Of a DNA stretch of 48,510 bases, positions 6,891 through 15,428 are shown piece after piece. Every line of letters starts with the position of its first letter. The first letter of the stretch is position 1. Source of the DNA: a virus (taxonomy: Duplodnaviria; Caudoviricetes); IMG/VR virus record IMGVR_UViG_3300044475_000316, positions 1 through 48,510 of that record. One strand, given 5' to 3'. The position numbers and the translations under genes were made by a program. A model generated the notes under the pieces. The model was not told where the DNA came from, did not search any database, and saw only the letters and a list, made by a program, of their open reading frames with translations.

Positions 6891-9800
6891 TTAGGAGAAG
6901 GAGCCGGTACCGCGCGTAATGGTCAGTGTCGGAGCGGCAATACGCTTACTAGCCGTCCCGGTACCAGTAACCGTAATCGTCCCTGTAATCACGTTTGCCG
7001 TAATGTTTCGAACAGCATGACGTACGGTTATCCGAAGCCCACCGGTTCCCGCAGGAATGTAGACGGAACCTAAGTCACGGACATCGCCGTTAATGTTGAG
7101 GGTGATGTTTACCAGGCCTTCCCCTTGAATAGATGACGCTGTAATCATTGCCTCAAGCAGAGCTGACTTATTCAGTGATGATGAGGAGGAGTCAGTGAAA
7201 GTTATGGTATTGTTTGCCACACCTCCGCCTGAAACGTAAGTATCTGAAGACACACCAACGTTAGCCACATCACCAATGAAGTTTGTCGCTTCAACCGTGC
7301 CCTTAAAGCTCCCACTGGTCGCTTCAACCCTGCCTTTAAAGCTCCCGTCAGTGGCATAAATCGTCCCGCGAACGGTCACGCCATTAAACGTGGCATACCC
7401 GGATTTATTGATATGCCAGCCGACATTGCCGGTCCCGTCCCAGTTGCTGGACTGGATGTAATTGCCGATCTTGCCGTTGTCGATTGAACCGTCCTGGATG
7501 AACACCGAACGCATAAACATCTGGCCGCCGGTCGAAGCAAACACCAGCTCCTGCCCGTTCGTCGTTGGGTTATACACCGCGAACGTATCGGCAGAAATCA
7601 GGAAGTTTGAGGCTCCTGTACCGTCAATGCCCAGCTGGATACCCGCGATGCGTTTGACACCGTTCGCCTCCACCTGGACTTTAACGCCCCATTGCGCGTT
7701 CAGCTTACCGTTGATGTCAGCAACAGCCTGGCTGGTCGTCTGCACACTGGCATTGGTATCGCCGATTGCAGCCGTCACCTGCTGAATGCTGGTTGCGGTA
7801 GCACTCTCCAGATCCGTAACGGCTTTATCAATGCGGGTGATGGCGGCGGCGTTGGTCTGGCCGTTTTGCTCAACCGTGGCCTTAAGCGTCGTGACCTGCT
7901 CAGCTACAGCGCTTGTGGCATCCGCGGCGGTCTTCCGGGTCTCGGTGATCTCGGCCATCGTTTTCGTTTCGCCAACGGCAAACGTGACACGCTGATCAGA
8001 GAAAGCCATGAAGTTGGCGAGAGCATTGGTGACGTTGCCGACAATACCGGCGTCGCGGCTGGCCGTGTTACCGTCCACATCCACTTTCAGGCTGTCGATA
8101 CGACGCCCCAGCGCACTGTCTGCATCCGTTCGGGCCGTAGTTTCCGTGCTGATGTCAGCCGTGTTCTGGTCGGTGGTGGCCTTGACCGCAGCCAGCGCGG
8201 TAGTCTGCGCTTTGTTGTTATCAGCGACGGCTTTATCGATGCGCGTGATATCGCCAGTATTTTTCCCGACGGTGGTCTGCAGGCCAGACAGCGTAGTAGC
8301 CTGCGCTTCCTGCTCAGTCGTCAGCGTTGCCAGCTCCTGCGTCACGCTGGCTTTGTTGGCGTTAACGGTCGCTTCAAGCGCCGTCCGGGCTGTCACTTCC
8401 GCTTCCTGCGCCGTGATGCGCGCCTGGCGTTCGGTGTAGAGCAAGCCCGAGGCCAGCTTCGACGGATCATCACCGGTATAACCGCCCCGGATCTGCGCCG
8501 CCAGCGTCTCGCGCGCTGTGGCTTCCGCCTGGTCGCCCTGGACACGGGCTGTCGTTTCTGCCTGAAGGGCCGCCATCCCTGCACCGGGCGTAGGCCGTCC
8601 GAGCGCCACCCAGTCAATCAGGAAGTAGTTCGTCGCATCCTGCTTAGTGGACAGATCCAGCCTGAACTGATTCATCGTGGTTTCAGTCAGCCATGAAATA
8701 TTGTCGAACTCCAGCGTGGCGATCCCGTTCGCGTCATAAGCAGGCTCAGCCACAGTTAGCATGTTGGTGTCGTTGAAGCCACCAGTACCACGCCACCGCA
8801 GCTGCCCCGCCCAGCCCGGCGCCCCGAACTTCCTGATGCGCAGTTTAACGAAGCGATAGGACGACGAGTTAACACCCAGTGAACCGGGAGACGCCACCCA
8901 TGGATCGGTGGCATGGTTCGCCGGGCGGATCCACCCGTCAACAATCGTCGGCGTCCCGTTCCCGGTCCAGCCCTCCACTGTCGAATCGAAGTACCAGATT
9001 TTTGCCGGGTCGAACTGCGAACCGGTGCCAGCAGAAATCTGCCCAATCTGCTGCGCCAGTGACTCGGTGGTGGTCTGGATCGTCTGATTGACGTTGCTGA
9101 TATCCGCGACGCGCTCGTTCTTCTCGGTCAGCAACGCCTGGCCCTGAGCCGTTGCCTGATCGGAGATCGCTTTCTTGCGGTCCGTGACCTCCTGCGCCAG
9201 CCCCGCTTTGGTCGTCGCCGACTCTGTCGTAACTTTGCTGATGTCGTCGCGCGCTGACTGAATATCGCCGCTGAGATCGGCGATATCCGCGGTGAGTTCC
9301 TTATACGCGTCTGTCTGTTTGATCTGGTTGTCGATATCCACCAGGTAATCAGCTGCAACCGAGCTGCTGCTGCCCTGAATAAAGTCAGTCCATGCCGACT
9401 TATTGCCGGTGCGATCGACAAGCCGCGCGCGGTACCAGAATCCTACTCCGGCTTTCAGGCCCAGCTGCTGATAAACATGCTGCGGATAGGGTACCCCGGC
9501 CAGCAGAAGCGGATTTGTGCCGGTCGATACAGTGGAATACTGGATTTCCGTCTGTAACGTATCGCCGGTACCAGCCGGGAAATCCCAGTGCAGTTGTACG
9601 CCCCAGAGCAACGGCGTGGTACGGAAATTGGTGGGCTTTGGCACATCACCGGCCCGGCCCTTGAGATGCGTCAGCACTGAGGTGGCCCACAGGCTGGATG
9701 CGCCGCCAGCGTTAATCGCCCTGACACGCACCAGGTAATCACCTTCGTAGATCCCCGGCACTTCGATATTGCGCAGCCCGGTTTGCGGTACGTTAACCCA

Positions 9801-11825
9801 CTCACTGTCACCCCGGCGCCACTGTGCCTGGTAGGCGATCACGTCTGCCTGAGGTTTCCCGGCTTTATCCAGCGGAGCATCCCAGGAGGCCGTCAGCGTG
9901 GCAATGCGCTGCCCCTGTCTCACTGAGTCGTAGCTCGATACCACGACGTTTCCGGGCTGAGAAACAACACCAGTAGGAATCAGGCTGACAGGCGGGATGT
10001 CCAGGCGCGCATTGTTATCGACAGCGTCATATTTCGAGGCGTTGTATTCCGCACCCGTAATGGTGTAGGTGTTTTCCTCGTCGTTGAATGTCAGGTTCAT
10101 CACACGGAAATACTGCAGGCGCAGCTGTCCGGCATCGATAACGAAAACAGCATCTGGCGCTGGCGCAGAGGAAAACGCTGTGGCCACGATTAACTGCGTG
10201 CCGTTGACCGCCTGAATGACCCGATTTTCCACAATGCCGCCCTGTGTGCGGATCATCAGCGTGTCGCCCGGGACGGCGCTGGTCCCGCGATCGGTTGTAA
10301 CGGCTTTAAGCCCGGCGTTGTAACTCACAACGCGCCCACCGTACACTCGCCCGGAAAAGCGTTCATCCGCAAAAGCGAACACGGTGCCGGGAACATAGGC
10401 AAAGCCATCCAGCCCGGTTTGCAGCGTGATCAGGCGATCGAGATAGTTGGAGTACACCGCCCAGCCGCCGCGACGCTGCGCCTCACTCTCACGCGTACAG
10501 CCAATGGCAGTCAGCTGCGTCTGCTTGAATTTGAACTGCTTCACCAGGTCAGGAAACATCACCGCAGTGGTGCGATCCTGATAGTGGTTGTCCGGGTCGC
10601 TGAAGTTAATCAGCGCCGAACTGTAGCGGTTCTTCTCGCTGCCGCTGGAATAGTTCGGCTTACCGACGACCGAGGCGCGGGTGATGACCTGCAGCTTCGT
10701 CGTGTCCGCCGGCATGTCCGAGACAACATTGAACATGTTGTTGCCCCAGAACGTCATGCCGTTGAAGCCAGCGGCGATATCCTTTATCACCTGCCAGGCA
10801 TCGGCCTGCGACTGGATATAGACGTCAAACAGGAAGCGCGGCTCGGTACCGGAACCGCCCTTACCATCGGGCACCTTCTGGTCACAGCGCTGGGCTATGC
10901 GGTACAGCTCCCACTTATCCAGCATGGCTGCCGTTACCCGACGACCCAGGCCAAAGCGCGGCTCAGTGAGTACATCGAACCAGATCCACGCCGGGTTATT
11001 CGACCAGCCCCATTTGAATGTCCCATCCCAGGTGCCGTTATAAACCCGGCTAACTGGATCATAGTTCTGCGGGATGCGGATAATCCGCCCTTTCGGCTTG
11101 CAGGATATCTTCGGGATGTTGTTGAAGGATTTTGCGTTGAACGACACATACAGCAGCGCGGTATGCGGATAGCGCAGGCGCGCGTCGATCACCTCCGTGA
11201 TTGCCTGCACCTGTGTCTTGTTCTGTAGCATCTGGCTGGTGCTGTCTGCGGTATCGCGAACCACGCGGATCTGCCAGCCGGTGTTAGCCTTGGGCAGATT
11301 GATGCGGTGGGTCAGCTCGTACAGAGAACTGAGCTTTTCCGTTACAGTTTTGGTGAGCACAGTGCTGTATGCACCGCCATCTACAGCCACATCGATGTGA
11401 TAGGTAACGGAAGTGCCGACGATATCGCCATCATTCTCCTGCTGCTGCAGACCGGTAATGCCGATACGCACCAGCACTGCGTCAATCTGGGTATTACTGA
11501 TGGCCCGGGTCCAGGGAGTGACCTTCGTCAGCGACACGCCAATGCTGGTCTCGTTCTCCACGGCTGGGAACCCGGGGATCGGCGACTGCGTCTGCGTGCC
11601 CGGACGAAAGTCCCAGGAGACATTCTCGAAGTTCATCGAGCCGTCGGCGTTGCCCAGTGGCGTACCGTCAAGGAAGATCCGGGTAGCATCCAGCCCACCA
11701 GCAAACTCACCTTCACCGAGCGCCAGCAGCATACGGCAGCGCGCCATCGACTGCGCGGAATCGGGTTGTTCAACAGGCGTGTGCTGCTTCTGACTGCCGC
11801 CTTTTGCACCAGTAATCGTTGCCAT
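6891..11825 (-). CDS. Tail tip / host-specificity protein J
   Basis: 1644 aa. LRYPHTALL, WSNNPAW, FN3-like segments, coiled coil and a lambda J-like C-terminal region; follows L-K-I. Confidence 0.93.
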   Translation of the reverse strand: MATITGAKGGSQKQHTPVEQPDSAQSMARCRMLLALGEGEFAGGLDATRIFLDGTPLGNADGSMNFENVSWDFRPGTQTQSPIPGFPAVENETSIGVSLTKVTPWTRAISNTQIDAVLVRIGITGLQQQENDGDIVGTSVTYHIDVAVDGGAYSTVLTKTVTEKLSSLYELTHRINLPKANTGWQIRVVRDTADSTSQMLQNKTQVQAITEVIDARLRYPHTALLYVSFNAKSFNNIPKISCKPKGRIIRIPQNYDPVSRVYNGTWDGTFKWGWSNNPAWIWFDVLTEPRFGLGRRVTAAMLDKWELYRIAQRCDQKVPDGKGGSGTEPRFLFDVYIQSQADAWQVIKDIAAGFNGMTFWGNNMFNVVSDMPADTTKLQVITRASVVGKPNYSSGSEKNRYSSALINFSDPDNHYQDRTTAVMFPDLVKQFKFKQTQLTAIGCTRESEAQRRGGWAVYSNYLDRLITLQTGLDGFAYVPGTVFAFADERFSGRVYGGRVVSYNAGLKAVTTDRGTSAVPGDTLMIRTQGGIVENRVIQAVNGTQLIVATAFSSAPAPDAVFVIDAGQLRLQYFRVMNLTFNDEENTYTITGAEYNASKYDAVDNNARLDIPPVSLIPTGVVSQPGNVVVSSYDSVRQGQRIATLTASWDAPLDKAGKPQADVIAYQAQWRRGDSEWVNVPQTGLRNIEVPGIYEGDYLVRVRAINAGGASSLWATSVLTHLKGRAGDVPKPTNFRTTPLLWGVQLHWDFPAGTGDTLQTEIQYSTVSTGTNPLLLAGVPYPQHVYQQLGLKAGVGFWYRARLVDRTGNKSAWTDFIQGSSSSVAADYLVDIDNQIKQTDAYKELTADIADLSGDIQSARDDISKVTTESATTKAGLAQEVTDRKKAISDQATAQGQALLTEKNERVADISNVNQTIQTTTESLAQQIGQISAGTGSQFDPAKIWYFDSTVEGWTGNGTPTIVDGWIRPANHATDPWVASPGSLGVNSSSYRFVKLRIRKFGAPGWAGQLRWRGTGGFNDTNMLTVAEPAYDANGIATLEFDNISWLTETTMNQFRLDLSTKQDATNYFLIDWVALGRPTPGAGMAALQAETTARVQGDQAEATARETLAAQIRGGYTGDDPSKLASGLLYTERQARITAQEAEVTARTALEATVNANKASVTQELATLTTEQEAQATTLSGLQTTVGKNTGDITRIDKAVADNNKAQTTALAAVKATTDQNTADISTETTARTDADSALGRRIDSLKVDVDGNTASRDAGIVGNVTNALANFMAFSDQRVTFAVGETKTMAEITETRKTAADATSAVAEQVTTLKATVEQNGQTNAAAITRIDKAVTDLESATATSIQQVTAAIGDTNASVQTTSQAVADINGKLNAQWGVKVQVEANGVKRIAGIQLGIDGTGASNFLISADTFAVYNPTTNGQELVFASTGGQMFMRSVFIQDGSIDNGKIGNYIQSSNWDGTGNVGWHINKSGYATFNGVTVRGTIYATDGSFKGRVEATSGSFKGTVEATNFIGDVANVGVSSDTYVSGGGVANNTITFTDSSSSSLNKSALLEAMITASSIQGEGLVNITLNINGDVRDLGSVYIPAGTGGLRITVRHAVRNITANVITGTITVTGTGTASKRIAAPTLTITRGTGSFS

Positions 11826-11836
11826 ATTGCATCCAT

Positions 11837-11860
11837 AAAAAAAGCACCCGATTGGGTGCT
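11837..11860 (-). terminator. Rho-independent terminator after tail gene I
   Basis: AGCACCC/GGGTGCT stem plus T-run. Confidence 0.7.
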
Positions 11861-11880
11861 AATTGAAGACTAAGAAATTC

Positions 11881-12474
11881 TCAGATGTCCTCGGCCACGA
11901 TCCCCGCACTGATTATGGCGCCGCCAATCTCGCGCTCGCCATACAGCAGCGCGACCGGGTTGCCCATCGCCAGGGTGTTCACTGCGCCGCCAAAGGCATA
12001 GCTGGGCTTATTGTCGGGGTCATCACGCCCCTGAAGGCCTTTGGGCTGCGGCGAGAGCATCTGGTAGATACCGCCTGCCGCCATGCCGATACCAGCGGAG
12101 ATCATCCCCGCGCCGACAACACCGGCTGAACCGAATGTCATGCCAGTGACGACAATGCCCGCCACAACCATGACGGCACCCAGTATCGTCTGGAACAAGC
12201 CCGCTTTCTTTGCCCCTTCCATCACTGGCGCGATACGGATATCGCTGTCCCCACCCAGATCTTTAAAATCCTGCGCGCCGATGTTTCGCTTGCCGCGAAA
12301 CACCGCGAAGGTCATGCCGTTTTTTTTTGCATTCATGAGAAAGCTTTCCAGCCCGTCCAGGTTGATGCACAGCGCCTTTACCGCTTCCGCTGACGTCTGC
12401 ACCGCCAGCCGGTGAACGCGGCCAAACCGGGCACCCAGCGCGCCATACAATCGAATCGTGGTTAAGCGCGCCAT
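11881..12474 (-). CDS. Tail assembly protein I
   Basis: IRLYGALGARFGR start, Gly-rich hydrophobic middle, PVALLYGEREIGGAIISAG end. Confidence 0.9.
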   Translation of the reverse strand: MARLTTIRLYGALGARFGRVHRLAVQTSAEAVKALCINLDGLESFLMNAKKNGMTFAVFRGKRNIGAQDFKDLGGDSDIRIAPVMEGAKKAGLFQTILGAVMVVAGIVVTGMTFGSAGVVGAGMISAGIGMAAGGIYQMLSPQPKGLQGRDDPDNKPSYAFGGAVNTLAMGNPVALLYGEREIGGAIISAGIVAEDI

Positions 12475-13193
12475 GGCTTAATCTCCTGCGGCAGGTCTTT
12501 GTGCCGAACGCAGATCATCGTCCGGTCTTTAAAATATCCACGGGCATAAGGCGTGATGCAGGATGGCTGGCCGTACAGGTGGTGCAGCAGCTCGCCCTCT
12601 TCGGTGATGATCCCCGCGTGGTTCCACTTGTCGGACTCAACCTGCATGATGACCATGCAACCGGGCGCGGGGTCACATTCGACAAATCCCTCACGTTCCC
12701 AGTTATCGAAATAGAGGTTGTCCAGGTACTGGCTTTCCCACCACGGATAATCCACGCGGAAATCGTTCAGCGTGACACCCTGTGTGGCGTGCCAGTCCAT
12801 GACCAGCCCCCAGCAGTCATGCGAGCCAAGGAGGAACGGACGGCCAATCAGCGGGATCGCATCAGGGGTGATCTCGGCGTATTCATCGCAGTCCGGCGCG
12901 TACATGCCCCAGACCACGCCAGAGTTATTGCACTGTTGGCGGTCGAGGTCAGACGGAATAGGCCGTGCGCCATCACCCGGGTGGGAGTGAATGACGCGGA
13001 CAATGGTCCCGGCGTCCTCGGCGTTCGCCCAGTGTTCGCCGTCAATTCGGAAATGCTCTGTCGGATTTTCGTGGCTGTTCGGCACCGGGATATAGCGCTG
13101 GCGCCGTCCTGACTGAATGACGAAGCCGCAGCACTCGCGTGGGGATTCCTCCAGCGCATGCGCCCGGATCGCCGTCATAATGGTTTTATTCAT
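12462..13193 (-). CDS. Tail assembly protein K (JAB + NlpC/P60)
   Basis: PRECCG, HSHP, DCWGLV and NHAGI motifs. Confidence 0.92.
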   Translation of the reverse strand: MNKTIMTAIRAHALEESPRECCGFVIQSGRRQRYIPVPNSHENPTEHFRIDGEHWANAEDAGTIVRVIHSHPGDGARPIPSDLDRQQCNNSGVVWGMYAPDCDEYAEITPDAIPLIGRPFLLGSHDCWGLVMDWHATQGVTLNDFRVDYPWWESQYLDNLYFDNWEREGFVECDPAPGCMVIMQVESDKWNHAGIITEEGELLHHLYGQPSCITPYARGYFKDRTMICVRHKDLPQEIKPWRA

Positions 13194-13205
13194 GGGTATA
13201 TCCGG

Positions 13206-13976
13206 TTATCGGGTGAAGAGAACTGTCGCCGGGTAGCCGCCGAAATCAAGAACGGCAGTGTTTGGTTCTGCCAGCCCCGCACCGAAGCGCTTGCGGCAGT
13301 CACTGAGACAACCCCCACATACATCAAACGCCGGGTCAGCTACCGCATTACCCTTCGCATCGAAATATGCCGTGCCGTTGTAGGTGCAGCCGTCACCGCT
13401 GCGGTATTGTCCGCGCAGTGCCCATTCGCAGAGCGAGGTGATCTGCCGGGTGGGTATAACCAGGTTCTGCAGGTCAGCCGGGCTGCTGAGCGACCAGGAC
13501 ACCATCTCGTCATCTTCAGAGATTTTGGTGTCCAGCCAGAAGGTCTGCAGGGAGAACATCGTCGGGTCTGCTGTCGGATTAACACCGTCCGGGAAGTTCA
13601 CCGCATCGAGGTAAACCGCGTAGGTGTCGATGATGCTCACCTTTGCATTCACCATGTCTTTAAACTGGAGACACAGCGCAGTGATATGGCCGTCGAGGTT
13701 AGACACGCTGAGCTTTGGCTCTGCGGCCTGATCCGTTGAAAGCGCCAGGTCGGCAATCTGGAAAGGCCAGAACTCGTAGGCGTTGCCATCCCAGATGATA
13801 GGCTTCGGCCCCAGCCTGGCCTCGTCGCCGTTCGCCGCGTCTATCTCGGCGGGTGTATGGGGAAACGGGCTGTAGTGAAAGCGGTGGATCCCGCCGCTGA
13901 ATTCTGAGGCATCCACCTCGACCAGGCGGACCCTGCCACCTGGTGCCAGCTTCGCCGCCTGATCAACAAGTGCCAT
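13206..13976 (-). CDS. Minor tail protein L
   Basis: Cys motif CEW..YRSGDGCTY..DVCGGCLSDCRKRF and FGGYP. Confidence 0.92.
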   Translation of the reverse strand: MALVDQAAKLAPGGRVRLVEVDASEFSGGIHRFHYSPFPHTPAEIDAANGDEARLGPKPIIWDGNAYEFWPFQIADLALSTDQAAEPKLSVSNLDGHITALCLQFKDMVNAKVSIIDTYAVYLDAVNFPDGVNPTADPTMFSLQTFWLDTKISEDDEMVSWSLSSPADLQNLVIPTRQITSLCEWALRGQYRSGDGCTYNGTAYFDAKGNAVADPAFDVCGGCLSDCRKRFGAGLAEPNTAVLDFGGYPATVLFTR

Positions 13977-14326
13977 TATGCGTATACCCCGTAGGCCCGT
14001 TTAATAGTGAACGTCAGCTCAGCGAATTTGCTGCTGATCTGGTTTTTGCGAACAGAGTCGGCGACAACGCGATACATCCCCTTCTCTTCGCCCGGCGGCG
14101 TAATGATGAAGGCCTTCACGGTATGAGCCAGGAGGAAATCGCGCACTGCGTTTACCTCTGTCTCAGTGCCGGTATGTTTCATCGGCACCTGGATCGCCAT
14201 GGAGTTGATGCCGTTCTCGGCAACCTGCTCATAGCCATCGCCAAACTGCGCCGCACGCACCGTCTGGCTGTATTCAACAGGGCCAGCGCCGAGCTGCGAG
14301 CGCCAGCTGTAAGTTTCGACTGCCAT
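13976..14326 (-). CDS. Minor tail protein M
   Basis: AQFGDGYEQ..GIN motif; coupled to L. Confidence 0.9.
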   Translation of the reverse strand: MAVETYSWRSQLGAGPVEYSQTVRAAQFGDGYEQVAENGINSMAIQVPMKHTGTETEVNAVRDFLLAHTVKAFIITPPGEEKGMYRVVADSVRKNQISSKFAELTFTIKRAYGVYA

Positions 14327-14337
14327 GTTTGCTCCAT

Positions 14338-14361
14338 AAAAAAAGCCACCCGAAGGTGGCT
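14338..14361 (-). terminator. Terminator-like hairpin upstream of M
   Basis: AGCCACC/GGTGGCT stem plus T7. Confidence 0.7.
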
Positions 14362-14485
14362 ACTGTCTGAATATCAGGATGTTACAAATCTAAATACCTG
14401 GTTATGTTGAGGGTTCAGCCCGCCCATGTGTCCGCATGGGCGTTTACAGCCGGAGGCCTGGCTGATGGCCTCGGTATAACAGGAG

Positions 14486-14686
14486 TTGATGATGAGTGAA
14501 CTTAAACTAAATAGCATTAACAACATTAGCTTTGCAGTTGACGCTAATACTTTCAAGCTTTCTGCAGGGCTTGTAGGCCCTAACAACAAATACATATCAG
14601 TTGAACTGGATATCAATCCATCTGAAATTAAAAGCAAAACATTAGGGGAGCTTGAGGAAATGGCTCTAGCGCAAGCCGGCTTTTAG
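14486..14686 (+). CDS. Small hypothetical moron protein (counter-oriented)
   Basis: About 65 aa, AGGAG RBS, AT-rich, opposite to the tail operon. Confidence 0.6.
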   Translation: MMMSELKLNSINNISFAVDANTFKLSAGLVGPNNKYISVELDINPSEIKSKTLGELEEMALAQAGF

Positions 14687-14826
14687 TTTGAGGGGTTCGC
14701 CAAGTTTGCGATAGCAAGCTGCATCTGAATTAAAGAGTGGCTTGTTGAATGAGATAAAACCTCAAGCTGCTCTTTCAAATCAGAAATTGTTTGCTCCAAT
14801 AATTCTACTCGCTCTTCTAAAGTCAT
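14683..14826 (-). CDS. Small coiled-coil hypothetical protein
   Basis: MTLEERVELLE..., 47 aa, AGGAG RBS; stop overlaps the convergent ORF. Confidence 0.55.
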   Translation of the reverse strand: MTLEERVELLEQTISDLKEQLEVLSHSTSHSLIQMQLAIANLANPSN

Positions 14827-14915
14827 AACACTCTCCTGCCTCTCGGCTATAGATGTAAAAAAGCCCCGCATTAGCGAGGCTCGAGTTCGGTAAAGCCCAG
14901 GGCGGGGCTTGGTGG

Positions 14916-15371
14916 TCAATAACTTGCCATCATGAACTGCTTATCAGCTGCATTCCATACATCGAGACTGATAGTTGAACCTGAGTTGGAATTACTGATC
15001 CTGACCTCAGCTTTGGAGTCTTTAACACCTTTGAATTTGAATGAACCAACATCCACACCTTCGTGAAAATAACTATCAGAGCCGACAGAAAAGAATCTTT
15101 CAGTATCAACAGTTACATCAACCTTCCCGTCCTTAGAAATGAATACCTTGGCATAATGCCACTTACCCGTGCCAAGCAGATCTCCTGAAAGAAACTCACA
15201 ATTTAAAGACACGCCTCCCTTGGTACATTGTGATGTTTTTTCCTCGGTCCCATTCGCTATCATTTCTGAAATGTTTGGTTTCGAATCCGTTGCGGATGCA
15301 ATTTTTTTCGCAGGTGGATTGTCGCAGCCAGTTAGCCCGACTAAAGCTAAAACCAATAAAGCCCTTTTCAC
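14916..15371 (-). CDS. Lipoprotein (moron)
   Basis: KRALLVLALVGLTGC signal peptide with lipobox; AT-rich. Start could be 15377. Confidence 0.75.
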   Translation of the reverse strand: MKRALLVLALVGLTGCDNPPAKKIASATDSKPNISEMIANGTEEKTSQCTKGGVSLNCEFLSGDLLGTGKWHYAKVFISKDGKVDVTVDTERFFSVGSDSYFHEGVDVGSFKFKGVKDSKAEVRISNSNSGSTISLDVWNAADKQFMMASY

Positions 15372-15428
15372 TATCATCCCCTTGATTAGCATGGTTTGTT
15401 CCATGATAACCAGGGGTTAAAGTAAACA

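Noticed and set aside
7692-8696. 334-aa plus-strand ORF and similar ORFs opposite structural genes
   Set aside because: Antisense shadows of GC-rich coding sequence with no motifs.
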